Source of the DNA: Candidatus Spongiisociaceae bacterium
GTDB taxonomy: Bacteria > Actinomycetota > Acidimicrobiia > Spongiisociales > Spongiisociaceae
Assembly: GCA_965262915.1 (NCBI GenBank)
Contig: OZ253564.1
Location: 4,672,001 to 4,736,000 of the forward strand
Length of the DNA: 64,000 nucleotides
Reading direction: 5' to 3'
In this document: positions 32,136-42,093 of the stretch, piece by piece
Position numbering within the stretch: position 1 is the stretch's first letter
Layout of the letters: the number at the start of each line of letters is the position of its first letter
Notes under the pieces: generated by a model
Told to the model about the DNA's origin: nothing
The model's database searches: none
What the model saw: the letters and a program-made list of their open reading frames with translations, nothing else
Made by a program: the position numbers and the translations under genes

Positions 32136-32531
32136 TCACCAGATCGTCGGTGCCGACGCCGGGCCCTGGTGACATCTGATACGGCCGTCTTTGGTTATGA
32201 GCTGCCAGCCGTTCTCGATGGCGGTGGCGTAGATGAGCCGATCGGCAGGATCGCGAGGAAAGGACCGGGGCAGCGCGACCGCGGTCGCGGCCACGGCAGG
32301 GGTGAGTACGGCAGTGCGGACCGACCGGGCGAGGGCACCGAGCCAGGTTCCGATCGGCACCCTCACCCTAATTCGGCCCCGCTCCGCGAGCCACGCGAGC
32401 TCGTACCAGGTCACCGCGGCGACAGACAGTTCGTCGGCCGCCTCGAGGGCGGCTGTAGCCGGGCCGCTGAGCCGAGCAGGTTCGGCAGACCACCATTGCA
32501 GAACATGGGTATCCACCAGGACGGTCGTCAA
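32136..32531 (-). CDS. vapC: VapC-family PIN toxin
   Basis: VLVDTHVL, ELAWL, DPADRLIYATA, LITKD; TTG overlaps the antitoxin stop. Confidence 0.9.
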   Translation of the reverse strand: MTTVLVDTHVLQWWSAEPARLSGPATAALEAADELSVAAVTWYELAWLAERGRIRVRVPIGTWLGALARSVRTAVLTPAVAATAVALPRSFPRDPADRLIYATAIENGWQLITKDGRIRCHQGPASAPTIW

Positions 32532-32755
32532 TCGAACTCCCAACCCGGGTCGGCTGTGAACAACTTCTCGTCGTCCTCGACGCTTTCGGCAACACCGGCG
32601 AAGCGGCCCCGCAGCGCGATAGGACCCCTCGCGGGGACTAGCCGGGCAACCGTGCGGCCATGCTTCGTGATCTCTATCTCGTCGCCCGAGGCCACGTCGT
32701 CGAGTAGGGCGAGGATCTGAGCCTTCGCCTGGGTTGCGGTAACTTGCCTGCCCAT
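32528..32755 (-). CDS. Phd/YefM antitoxin
   Basis: VTATQAKAQILALLDDV..GDEIEITKHGRTVARLVP. Confidence 0.9.
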   Translation of the reverse strand: MGRQVTATQAKAQILALLDDVASGDEIEITKHGRTVARLVPARGPIALRGRFAGVAESVEDDEKLFTADPGWEFD

Positions 32756-32775
32756 ATGACCATCCTAGTGGTCAT
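32756..32775. promoter_or_regulatory. TA operator palindrome overlapping a leaderless -10
   Basis: ATGACCA-N6-TGGTCAT; minus-strand TAGGAT-6nt-ATG. Confidence 0.7.
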
Positions 32776-32815
32776 CCAAGGCTCTATGGCCCCATATGTA
32801 GACATGGGAACACGG

Positions 32816-34786
32816 TCAGACAACCCGATCGTTGCCGCCGTCGACGGGAATCTGGGCACCGGTGGTGGCGGCGAAAGTTGCGCCGCATAGCTCGGTGACC
32901 ACACGGGCCACCCGGCTGGAGGTCACTTCCACTGAGAGCAGGTTCCGGGTCCGGTACTCATCGGCTGTCATGCCGTACGCTGTGGCGCGCTCGGCGATGA
33001 GTTCATCGGTCCACAGTCCGGTGTCGAACACGCCGTCCGGATGCACGATGTTGACGCGTATCCCGTCCCCGGCCCACTCCAGTGCAGCCACCCTGGCCAG
33101 CTGGGTTACCGCCGCCTTCGAAACGGAATACGAAGCCGCTCCCCGGCCCGGCGCCGGCGTGTTCTTGGAGCCGATCACCACCACCCGGCCTCCTACCGGC
33201 GAGCGGGCCAGCAGCGGATGTGCGGCGGCGAACAGGTTTGCCACGGCATCCACGTTGACAGCTTGGACCGACCGCCACCGCTCGGCGTCACGGTCGGCGA
33301 TCGGCGCGACCCGACCGAACACCCCGGCGGCCGCCACCACAATGTCGACCCCTCCGAACCGCTCCACGGTCCGGTCGAGCGCCGCCTGCTGTGCCGCAGG
33401 GTCGGTAACGTCGACCGCCATCCCGAGCCAGGCCGGACCCTCGAAGGCCTCTCGAACGGATACGTCCCGGTCTAGACCGGCCACCGCGCAACCCATGGAG
33501 AGGAGTTCATCGGCGCAGGCCCGGCCGATCCCCGAGGCTGCGCCGGTCACCACCGCCACCATCCCGGTGAACTCGGGTGGAAGTCCGGCCCGGCGTAGTT
33601 TGGCCTGTTCGAGATCCCAGTACTCGACCTCGAAGAGGTCTCCGGCGCTCAGTGCCACATACCCGCCGAGGTGATCCTCCGAACGCTCCAACACCGGCAT
33701 GGTGTGGTGGTAGATGTCGGCCGCGATCCCGGATGACGCGGCGGTCTCGCCCAGGGTGAGCAGGCCCAACTCGGGGTCGACCACCACCCGGGGGGCGGGG
33801 TCCAGCATGGTCAGTTCGGTCCGGCCCCGGTGGCGGTTCTCGTCGAAGTACAGGCGGTAGGCATCGACGTAGGCGTCCACGTCGGTACCGACCATCGGGA
33901 GGCGTTTCGTCCTGATGACATGGTCGGGGGTGAGTGGACCGCGTCCGGCCAGGCTCCCGATGTCGGGACGCCGCACGAACCGGGCCGTGGACGCATCGGT
34001 GTGGCGGGTCATGATCATCGGCTTGCCGGCTGCTTCCGAGACACGTCGCCGCAGGCCGGCCAACTCCAGAGGGCAGGCGGCCGGAAGGGCGGCCGCATCG
34101 TGGCTGGACTCGGGTGCGTGGACCTCGAGCCATCCCTCCGCCTTCGTGAGGAGCCGGATGTGACGCCGGTAGGCGGCCTTGGTGGTCGACCCGAAGGTGA
34201 ACAGGCCGTGGTTGAGAAGCACCATCCCGATCACATCGTCGTGGTGGTGATCCGCCCAGATGGTGACCACCGCCCGGGCGAGATCGAAACCCGGCATCAC
34301 GTAGGGAACGACGAGCACGGAGTCGCCGAACACCTCTCGTACCCGTGCCTCGCCGTCGGCCAGGTTGGTGAGCGTCACGATCACATCGGCATGGCTGTGC
34401 TGGACCGCCGGGTAGGGAAGGAAGGCATGCAGGAGCGTCTCGACCGAGGGCTGGGGCGCGGCGGGATCGAGACGGGCGGCCGACAACTCCCTCATCATGT
34501 CGGGGTCGGAGAGCCGATCGAGTGCGAGCAGTTCCTTCAACCGGTCGAGGGGCAGGGGCGTGAATCCTGGTGCTTCGATCGTGGCGAGGTCCCACCCGGA
34601 GCCCTTGACGTAGAGCGCATCCGCGGTCCGCCCGGTTATGTCCTCGACGGGGCCCTTGACCGAGGTATTACCTCCCCCGTGCAGGACCAGGAACGGGTCG
34701 GCACCCAGCAGCCTGGAACCGTAGACACACTCACCAAGGGACCCTTCGAATGCAGCCGCCTCAGCATCCCGCCATCTGTTCTCCAT
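32816..34786 (-). CDS. Bifunctional class II aldolase / short-chain dehydrogenase
   Basis: HGGGNTSVK, KGSGWDL, PSVETLLH, HSH, NHGLFTFG, TPDHVIRTK; SDR half TGAASGIG and YSVSK. Confidence 0.88.
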   Translation of the reverse strand: MENRWRDAEAAAFEGSLGECVYGSRLLGADPFLVLHGGGNTSVKGPVEDITGRTADALYVKGSGWDLATIEAPGFTPLPLDRLKELLALDRLSDPDMMRELSAARLDPAAPQPSVETLLHAFLPYPAVQHSHADVIVTLTNLADGEARVREVFGDSVLVVPYVMPGFDLARAVVTIWADHHHDDVIGMVLLNHGLFTFGSTTKAAYRRHIRLLTKAEGWLEVHAPESSHDAAALPAACPLELAGLRRRVSEAAGKPMIMTRHTDASTARFVRRPDIGSLAGRGPLTPDHVIRTKRLPMVGTDVDAYVDAYRLYFDENRHRGRTELTMLDPAPRVVVDPELGLLTLGETAASSGIAADIYHHTMPVLERSEDHLGGYVALSAGDLFEVEYWDLEQAKLRRAGLPPEFTGMVAVVTGAASGIGRACADELLSMGCAVAGLDRDVSVREAFEGPAWLGMAVDVTDPAAQQAALDRTVERFGGVDIVVAAAGVFGRVAPIADRDAERWRSVQAVNVDAVANLFAAAHPLLARSPVGGRVVVIGSKNTPAPGRGAASYSVSKAAVTQLARVAALEWAGDGIRVNIVHPDGVFDTGLWTDELIAERATAYGMTADEYRTRNLLSVEVTSSRVARVVTELCGATFAATTGAQIPVDGGNDRVV

Positions 34787-34889
34787 CAGAAACTCCCAGG
34801 CCCTCCAGACGGTAAGAGATTAGAGACCGGTGACCACCGACCTCTGCCACGCTTCGGTGGCTAGTGGCCAACGGCCTGACACCTGACAC

Positions 34890-35672
34890 CTAATACGGAG
34901 TATCCCCACCGTCGACGTTGACGGCTTGACCTCTGATGATCAATGCATCGTCCGACAGCAGGAAGGCGATCACCCTGCCGACCTCGACCGGCGCCACCCG
35001 CCTCCCCGGCTGGGACGGGCCCATACCGGCCAGGATACGGTCGGCCGGTATGTCGAGACGGGGGGACAACCACTCCGCGACTCCACGCAGCATCGGGGTG
35101 TCGACGCCTCCGGGACACACTGCGTTCACGTTGATCCTGTGCTCCGCCCATTCCATCGAAAGGGAACGGGTGAGGCCTATCACCGCGGCTTTGGAAGCGT
35201 TGTACGCCGCCATGTTCCGGTAGCCGACCTTCCCGCAATTGGAGGAGACGTTGACGATGGCACCGCCGCCTCTCGCCCTGAGCCGCTCGCCTACAGCCCT
35301 CGCCACGAGAAACGATCCGGTCACGTTCACGTCCAGCTGGCGATTCCAGTCGGCGGGGGTGGCGTCCCAAGCCTCGTCGAGGGTCACCGCGCCGGCGTTG
35401 TTCACCGCACCGTCGAGCCGCCCGAAGCGTTCGACCGTGGCTTCGACCATTCGCTCGACATCCTCGGCACGGGTCACGTCTCCCCCGAACGCGGCTGTCA
35501 CGTCGCCGGCGGGGTCGACCCGGCCGGCAGTTCGGGCCGCGCCCTCGAGATCGATATCCGTCAGGGCGGCCCGGCCTCCTTCTTCCAGAATCGCCTGACA
35601 GATGCCGGCACCGATCCCGCCGGCGGCGCCGGTCACCACGTATACCCGCCCTGCCAACCTGCCTCGTGTCAT
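34890..35672 (-). CDS. Short-chain dehydrogenase/reductase
   Basis: TGAAGGIG, NNAG, YNASK, NAVCPG. Confidence 0.9.
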   Translation of the reverse strand: MTRGRLAGRVYVVTGAAGGIGAGICQAILEEGGRAALTDIDLEGAARTAGRVDPAGDVTAAFGGDVTRAEDVERMVEATVERFGRLDGAVNNAGAVTLDEAWDATPADWNRQLDVNVTGSFLVARAVGERLRARGGGAIVNVSSNCGKVGYRNMAAYNASKAAVIGLTRSLSMEWAEHRINVNAVCPGGVDTPMLRGVAEWLSPRLDIPADRILAGMGPSQPGRRVAPVEVGRVIAFLLSDDALIIRGQAVNVDGGDTPY

Positions 35673-35683
35673 AGACCTCAGCC

Positions 35684-36457
35684 TCACCAGGTCGGGCGGC
35701 TGAGCACGCCGCCATCCACCACCAACTCGGCCCCGGTGATCCAGCGGGCCAGATCCGAGCAGAGGAACACGCAGGCATCGCCGATGTCCTCGGGGGTGCC
35801 GAGCCTCCCCATCGGACATGCCTTCCTCCAACGACGGACCCCCTCCGGCCAGGCCGACACTATCCCGGGCCGGGATATGAGGCCGGGCGACACGGTGTTC
35901 ACCCGGATGCCGGAAGGGCCGTACGAGAGAGCCGCAGCCCTCGCATGCATGATCAGGCCGGCCTTGGAAACCGAATAGTGACCGTGTCCCGGCGCGGGGT
36001 TGGTGCCCTCGATGGAGGAAATGTGGACGATCGAGCCTCCCGTACCCTGAGCTGCCATCGCCGTCGCCGCGGCCTGGGTGAGACGGTGAACCGCGGTCAG
36101 GTTGGTGTCGATCATCTCCGACCACTGGGCATCGGTGAGATCGGCGAAGGGCGCCACCGGCTGGATACCGGCGTTGTTCACCAAGGCGTCCAGACGGCCG
36201 AGATGCTGGAGGACCATTTCAACCAAGTCACGTGGACCGTCGGCCGTAGCGAGGTCGGCGACCACCCCGGCAAGGGGCTCGCCCGACCGATCCTGCAGAT
36301 GACCCACCGGTGAAGAACGGGTATGGGCCACTACGGTGGCGCCGGCCGCCACCATTCTGCGAGCGATTCCCGAGCCGATGTTCCCTCCGGCGCCGGTCAC
36401 CACTACCACCCGACCGAACAGGTCGATCATCTCAGCCGGAGATCGGGGATCGGTCAC
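35684..36457 (-). CDS. Short-chain dehydrogenase/reductase
   Basis: TGAGGNIG, NNAG, YSVSK, ITGAELVVDGG. Confidence 0.9.
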   Translation of the reverse strand: MTDPRSPAEMIDLFGRVVVVTGAGGNIGSGIARRMVAAGATVVAHTRSSPVGHLQDRSGEPLAGVVADLATADGPRDLVEMVLQHLGRLDALVNNAGIQPVAPFADLTDAQWSEMIDTNLTAVHRLTQAAATAMAAQGTGGSIVHISSIEGTNPAPGHGHYSVSKAGLIMHARAAALSYGPSGIRVNTVSPGLISRPGIVSAWPEGVRRWRKACPMGRLGTPEDIGDACVFLCSDLARWITGAELVVDGGVLSRPTW

Positions 36458-36498
36458 GGGAAAACCTCCTCCACCCCCCCGCCCTTCCCGCGGCAGGA

Positions 36499-36945
36499 CT
36501 ACCCCCTAACGTAGCGGGAGATATGGGCGGCGGCGGCGGGGTACCGGGCCACGAGTTCATCCGCCCGGCCCAACTCGAAGCCCTCCTTGCTGTAGGGAGG
36601 GGCCATGGTGGTCCCGACCAGGGACCACGCGCCTGTGGTGCGCGCCCCCATCCACACCCCGGGCTGCACGACCACACACGGTCGTTGCCCGCCAGCCAGA
36701 CCGTCCCCGAGCACGGGGTGTACCACCCCACCCTCCGGCTCGAGCAGGAGCATCCTCACCGGGTCCCCCGCGTAGTGGTGCCAGAGTTCGGTTCCTTCGA
36801 GCCGGTGCATAGCCGAGAAGTCGCCCGGCTGGAGCAGGTAGTAGATACCGGTACCGTGGTCGTCCTTCCAGGTCTGCGCCCACATCCCTCCCTCCACAGG
36901 CATCGGTGACAGGCCGAGCAACCCGGCCACTTCCGATCCGGTCAC
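36499..36945 (-). CDS. Cupin_5 (DUF985) protein
   Basis: LGLSPMPVEGG, IYYLL, HRL..ELWHHYAG, PGVWMGA, TMAPPY..FE; GTGA overlap with upstream gene. Confidence 0.85.
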   Translation of the reverse strand: MTGSEVAGLLGLSPMPVEGGMWAQTWKDDHGTGIYYLLQPGDFSAMHRLEGTELWHHYAGDPVRMLLLEPEGGVVHPVLGDGLAGGQRPCVVVQPGVWMGARTTGAWSLVGTTMAPPYSKEGFELGRADELVARYPAAAAHISRYVRG

Positions 36946-38246
36946 TCCGCCAACCGTCGGGCCCGCCGGGTCATGTCGGACCGCACGGCATCCGTGTCGA
37001 TCGAAGTCACCCGGCCGTCCTCTACCACTTTCCGGCCCCCCACCCATACCGACCTGACAACCTTCGGGGAGCCGGACCAGACGATGCGCGACACGGGATC
37101 GTCCTCGCCGGGGATCACGGGGTGGAGAGCCGGCTCGTCCGCAGACAACTCCACCATGTCGGCCCACGCACCGGCCCCGAGGCGTCCGAGATCGGGACGG
37201 TCTATGGCGTCGGCCGCTCCGGCCGTAACCATGTGGAGGACCTGCCGGGCCGGTAGGAATCCGGCATCCGCTTCCCTGATGCGTGCCAGCCGGATGGCCG
37301 TACGCATCTCTTCGAAAAGGTCCAGCCGTTGGTGGGAAGCCGGTCCGTCGGTGCCGATACCGACCCGGACGCCCGCCGCCAAGAGATCGCGGACCCTGGC
37401 GACACCGGAGCCATGCTTGGAGTTGGAGCAAGGACAGTGGGCCACCGACACCCCATGTCGGGCGAAGATCCCGATGTCCTCGTCCCCTATCCATACCGCA
37501 TGAGCGGCCAGCACCCGCGCTTCGAGAAGCCCGACCGCCTCGAGGTAGGCAGGTGCGGACATGCCGGAGCGTTCGCGCACCGCATCGTCTTCCCACTCCT
37601 GCTCGGCCACATGGATGTGGACGAGCATCCCGTTGTCGCAGGCAATCTCCGCGATGCGCCGCAGGCATTCATCGGGCACCGAGTAGGCGGCGTGGGGACC
37701 CAAACCCACTTCGATCAGATCGTTGGAGGCCCACCGCTCGCGGGTTGCCACCATCTCCTCCAGTTGTGACTCCCACGAGCCGAAACGGTCCAGTTGCGCA
37801 TCCTCGATCACGGGCGCAGTGACGACGCACCTCAACCCGGCATCGGCTGCCCCCCTCGCTACCGAGTCGCCGTGGAAGTACATCTCGACGGACGTGGTGA
37901 CACCGTTGGCGAGCAGTTCGGCGGCCCCCATTTGCATGCCCACCGTCACGTCTTCCGCGGTCAGGCGACCCTCGCGGGGCCACATGACCTCGTGCAACCA
38001 GCGGTCCACCGGGAGCCCCTCCCCGGCCCCTCGCAGCAGCACCATGGGGGTATGACAGTGGGTGTTGACCATGCCGGGCATGAGGATGCCTTCGACACGA
38101 TGAACCGTTGCCGTGCTCCGTTCAGGCGCTTCCGCACCCGGCCCTGACCAGACCACCCGCCCGTCCTCGACGTCCACAACACCGTGTGGGATCGGGGCCT
38201 GGCCTTCGGACATTGTCACTAATAGGTCGGCTTGGTAACGATCCAT
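36942..38246 (-). CDS. Amidohydrolase, MTA/SAH deaminase (MtaD)-like
   Basis: PGMVNTHCH, GPHAAYS, HIHVAE, AHAVW, HCPCSN, GTDGPAS. Confidence 0.85.
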   Translation of the reverse strand: MDRYQADLLVTMSEGQAPIPHGVVDVEDGRVVWSGPGAEAPERSTATVHRVEGILMPGMVNTHCHTPMVLLRGAGEGLPVDRWLHEVMWPREGRLTAEDVTVGMQMGAAELLANGVTTSVEMYFHGDSVARGAADAGLRCVVTAPVIEDAQLDRFGSWESQLEEMVATRERWASNDLIEVGLGPHAAYSVPDECLRRIAEIACDNGMLVHIHVAEQEWEDDAVRERSGMSAPAYLEAVGLLEARVLAAHAVWIGDEDIGIFARHGVSVAHCPCSNSKHGSGVARVRDLLAAGVRVGIGTDGPASHQRLDLFEEMRTAIRLARIREADAGFLPARQVLHMVTAGAADAIDRPDLGRLGAGAWADMVELSADEPALHPVIPGEDDPVSRIVWSGSPKVVRSVWVGGRKVVEDGRVTSIDTDAVRSDMTRRARRLAE

Positions 38247-38291
38247 TTGAGCCTCGGGTAGTTGTGTATACCGACGCCGTATGATAAGAGC

Positions 38292-39344
38292 ATGTGTCAA
38301 CTCGGGCAGCGCTCGCTCGACTGGATCGACGGTGCGATCCTCATGGTGGACCAGACCCGTCTACCGGACTGCTACCAGACGCTGCGGATCGACTCGGTCC
38401 CGGAAATGGTGGCCGCCATTCGCCGACTTTCCGTGCGGGGCGCTCCCGCGATAGGAGTGGCCGGCGCGTTGGGCGTGGCACTGGCTATCCGAGCCCATGG
38501 GACTTCCGGTTCTGCCTTCGAGTCCGCGGTGGCCTCCCTGCGGGAGGCGCGCCCCACCGCGGTGAATCTGGCCCGGATGGTTGATCGGGTGGCGCGAGTG
38601 GCCCCCGACGGCTTCGACCGAGCCCTGGCAGAGGCCCTCGAAATCCGGGATGAGGAGATCGCCGCGTCCATATCGATGGGGGAATATGGGGCCGACCTGG
38701 TCACCGAACTGGTAAGCGAGCCAGCCGCGAGGGCTATGACCATATGCAACACCGGAGGGCTGGCCACTATCGAACGGGGCACCGCTCTCGCTGTCATCCA
38801 GACCCTGCACGAACGAGGCGCGCTGGCAGAGGCCTTGGCTCTCGAGACGAGGCCCTTGCTCCAAGGCGCCCGGCTCACGACCTGGGAGCTCGGCCGGATG
38901 GGCGCTCCGCATCGTCTACTGGTGGACTCGGCGGCGCCTTTCATGCTCGCCCGCCGCCAAGCCGACGTGGTGCTCACCGGCGCGGACCGTGTGGCCGCCA
39001 ACGGAGACACCGCCAACAAGATCGGCACCTTCTCGCTTGCCCTGGGCGCCGGCCATGCGGGAGTACCCTTCATAGTGGTTGCGCCGGAATCGACCATCGA
39101 CATGGACACCCCCACCGGCGATGACATCCCTATCGAGGACCGGGGCCGCAACGAGGTGGTCGCGGTACGGAACACCATTACCGCGCCGGAGGACACAGAG
39201 GCCGCCAACCCGGCTTTCGACGTGACGCCGGCCGGGCTGATCACTGCCATAGTGACCGACCGGCGGGTGATCCGTCTGGATCGCGGTGATACACTCAACA
39301 AGGTAAGCCTCGGAGAACTTCGTACCGATACGGACATTCGCTAG
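38292..39344 (+). CDS. mtnA: S-methyl-5-thioribose-1-phosphate isomerase
   Basis: DQTRLP, VRGAPAIG, ARPTAVNL, TICNTG.LAT, ETRPLLQGARLT, GDTANKIGT, NPAFDVTP; leaderless (TATGAT-6nt-ATG). Confidence 0.95.
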   Translation: MCQLGQRSLDWIDGAILMVDQTRLPDCYQTLRIDSVPEMVAAIRRLSVRGAPAIGVAGALGVALAIRAHGTSGSAFESAVASLREARPTAVNLARMVDRVARVAPDGFDRALAEALEIRDEEIAASISMGEYGADLVTELVSEPAARAMTICNTGGLATIERGTALAVIQTLHERGALAEALALETRPLLQGARLTTWELGRMGAPHRLLVDSAAPFMLARRQADVVLTGADRVAANGDTANKIGTFSLALGAGHAGVPFIVVAPESTIDMDTPTGDDIPIEDRGRNEVVAVRNTITAPEDTEAANPAFDVTPAGLITAIVTDRRVIRLDRGDTLNKVSLGELRTDTDIR

Positions 39345-39374
39345 TACCCGAATAACGGGTAAAGGATCAACCAA

Positions 39375-40544
39375 ATGAGAACACTGCGCAAGCCTTTTGC
39401 ATTCGTACTGGCAACGGTGCTGATGATGGCGGCCTGTGGTGATGATTCGGACAGCACACGGGATACCGCCGCTACGACCGCCACTACCGCCGCACCGGAT
39501 ACCACGGGGGCGACCGCGGCGACTGCCGCACCGGATACCACGGCGGCGACCGCACCGGATACCACGGCGGCGACCGACACAACCGCACCTGCGGCTACGG
39601 AACCCCCGGCCGAGCCCATCAGCCTGATCTACGTCTCTCCCAACCCGATGGGCGTCAACAACTTCCTCATCCTCGGCGAGGTCGGAACCAAGCGAGTGGC
39701 CGAGCGACGCGGCGGCACTTGGAGGACTTTCGAGTCGGTCGACGACTCGACCCGGAGAGCCAACATCGAGGCGGCCATCGACGAAGCACCCGACGTGATC
39801 GTGCTAACAACCTTCACCCTTGTCGAGATGGCTGACGAGTTCTCCAAGGCCAACCCCGATCAGCAGTTCATCCTCATCGACGCTTGCCCCAACGAACCGG
39901 CGCCCAACCTGCACTGCGGGGTCTTCCGTGAGCACGAAGGCGCGTACCTGCTGGGTGTGATGGCCGGCCACCTGTCGGAGGCGAGGCAGATCGGATCGGT
40001 GGTCGCCCTCGATATCCCGTTCTTCAAGCGCTGGTGGGAGAGCTTCGCGCTGGGCGCTCAATCGGTCGATCCGTCGATCACCAACTCGGCGGTGTTCATA
40101 TCGGGCGACAACCCCTTCTCCGACCCGGCGCGGGCCAAGGAGCTGGCCCTTTCGCTGGCCGCGCAGGGACCCGACCATATCTTCGCGGTGGGCGCCGGTT
40201 CCAACGGCGGCATATTCGAGGCTGCCGAAGAGGCAGGCTTCCTCGCCTACGGGGTGGACGTGAACGAGTGTCCGACAGCCCCCGGGCTCATAGTCGACAA
40301 CAACCTGAAGCTGGTGGACGCGGTGGTCGAACAACTCATCGATCAGGTCCTCGACGGAACCGCCGGACCGGTGGTGGCCTTCGGGTTGGCCGAGGGTGGC
40401 ACGGGAGTCATGGCCCTACACCCGGATCTGGCCACGAGCCAGTGTCTGATTGCCGAGCATCCGGACATCATCGAGGAGGTGAAGCGGGTCGCCGACGGGA
40501 TCATCGACGGATCCATCGTGGTGCCGGATCCCCTGTTCGGCTAA
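39375..40544 (+). CDS. BMP-family nucleoside ABC transporter substrate-binding lipoprotein
   Basis: Lipobox MMAAC, Thr/Ala linker, FREHEGAYLLG, FSDPARAKE, GVDVN. Confidence 0.88.
   Translation: MRTLRKPFAFVLATVLMMAACGDDSDSTRDTAATTATTAAPDTTGATAATAAPDTTAATAPDTTAATDTTAPAATEPPAEPISLIYVSPNPMGVNNFLILGEVGTKRVAERRGGTWRTFESVDDSTRRANIEAAIDEAPDVIVLTTFTLVEMADEFSKANPDQQFILIDACPNEPAPNLHCGVFREHEGAYLLGVMAGHLSEARQIGSVVALDIPFFKRWWESFALGAQSVDPSITNSAVFISGDNPFSDPARAKELALSLAAQGPDHIFAVGAGSNGGIFEAAEEAGFLAYGVDVNECPTAPGLIVDNNLKLVDAVVEQLIDQVLDGTAGPVVAFGLAEGGTGVMALHPDLATSQCLIAEHPDIIEEVKRVADGIIDGSIVVPDPLFG
39490..39575 (+). repeat. Coding repeat (APDTT) x3 in lipoprotein tether
   Basis: CCGCACCGGATACCACGG at 39490, 39526, 39550. 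Confidence 0.85.
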
Positions 40545-40569
40545 CGAGAGTCCTGGTCCCTGACATGCC

Positions 40570-42093
40570 GTGACAGCGGCGCTCGAGCTTCGGGGTATCA
40601 CCAAGCGGTTCCCGGGCGTCCTGGCCAACGACGCCATCGACATGACGGTCCGGGCCGGGGAGATACACGCGCTCGTAGGAGAGAACGGGGCGGGTAAGAC
40701 CACCCTGATGTCGGTGCTGTTCGGGCTGTTTCCGGCCGATGCCGGAGAAATCTTCCTACACGGGGAGCCGGTACGGTTCGCGTCGGCGCTGGATGCGATC
40801 CGGGCAGGCCTCGGGATGGTGCACCAAGCCTTCCGGTTGTTCCCGACGCTGACTGTGGCCGACAACGTCGTCTTCAGGGAAGAACCGACCAAGCGGGGAC
40901 TCATCGATCGGGCCGAAAGTGTCGGGAGGGTGGGTGATCTGGCCGAGCGATACGGTCTGGCGGTGGATCCCAGGGCAGTGATCGAGACGCTCCCCGTAGG
41001 AGTGCTCCAGAGGGTGGAGATCCTCAAGGCGCTCTACCGGGAGGCCCGGATCCTTATCCTCGACGAGCCCACCGCGGTGCTCACCCCCCAGGAGCGGGAC
41101 AAGCTGTTCGAGGTCATCCGGCGCCTCCGTGACTCGGGCCGCACGATCCTGTTCATCACCCACAAACTCGGTGAGGTGATGTCGCTCTCGGATCGGGTGA
41201 CGGTGCTCCGGGATGGTCGGTCGGTGGCGGACCTGACCACCGCCGACACCAGCCCCGAGGAGATCGCCCACCAGATGACCGGTCGGGCCGTCGAGTTGGA
41301 CAAGCGGGCACCCGCTCATGAACCGGGCGAGCCGGTTCTCACGATCGCCAATCTCACGGTAATCGGGGAGCACGGCCGCCCCGCCGTCCATGATGCCGCC
41401 TTCGAGGTCCGGTCTGGAGAGATCGTCGGCGTAGCAGGCATAGCCGGCAACGGCCAGACCGAGCTCATCGAAGCCGTGGCCGGGCTCAAGGAACCGGCCG
41501 CGGGCTCGATCAGTCTGAACGGGAAGGACCTGACCACCGCCGATGTACTGGCGCGACGCTCGGTCGGGATGGCGTACGTACCGGAGGACCGGCACGGGGT
41601 GGGCACCAGCCATCGCGCATCCGTGTCGGCCAACCTGCTGCTGGGCCATCAGCGCACGCCGGGGTTGCAGCGCAAGGGTTGGTTGGATCTCAGAAGAGTG
41701 CGGAGCCACGCTCGCAGGCTCGTGGAGACCTACGCCATCAGGTCGGGCCCGATAGGCTCGCCCGTCTCCACCCTGTCGGGGGGGAACCTCCAGAAGGTGG
41801 TGGTAGCCCGCGAGATGTCCCATGGTGCACCCGTGCTGATCGCCGAACAGCCCACCCGCGGCCTCGACATCGCCGCCATAGAGTTCATCCACGAGCGCCT
41901 TGTCGAGTTCCGCGACGATGGTGGCGCTGTGCTGCTGGTGTCGGCCGAACTGTCCGAGATCCTGGCGCTCAGCAGCCGTATCCTGGTCATGTTCGAAGGA
42001 CGGATCGTTGCCGAACTGGACCCGGTCCGGGTGACCGAGACCGACATCGGCCTGTACATGACGGGAGCGCGCCGGGAAGCTCTCGATGCTTGA
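40570..42093 (+). CDS. Nucleoside ABC transporter ATP-binding protein (two domains)
   Basis: GENGAGKTT, LDEPTAVL, LSGGNLQK, QPTRGLD. Confidence 0.93.
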   Translation: MTAALELRGITKRFPGVLANDAIDMTVRAGEIHALVGENGAGKTTLMSVLFGLFPADAGEIFLHGEPVRFASALDAIRAGLGMVHQAFRLFPTLTVADNVVFREEPTKRGLIDRAESVGRVGDLAERYGLAVDPRAVIETLPVGVLQRVEILKALYREARILILDEPTAVLTPQERDKLFEVIRRLRDSGRTILFITHKLGEVMSLSDRVTVLRDGRSVADLTTADTSPEEIAHQMTGRAVELDKRAPAHEPGEPVLTIANLTVIGEHGRPAVHDAAFEVRSGEIVGVAGIAGNGQTELIEAVAGLKEPAAGSISLNGKDLTTADVLARRSVGMAYVPEDRHGVGTSHRASVSANLLLGHQRTPGLQRKGWLDLRRVRSHARRLVETYAIRSGPIGSPVSTLSGGNLQKVVVAREMSHGAPVLIAEQPTRGLDIAAIEFIHERLVEFRDDGGAVLLVSAELSEILALSSRILVMFEGRIVAELDPVRVTETDIGLYMTGARREALDA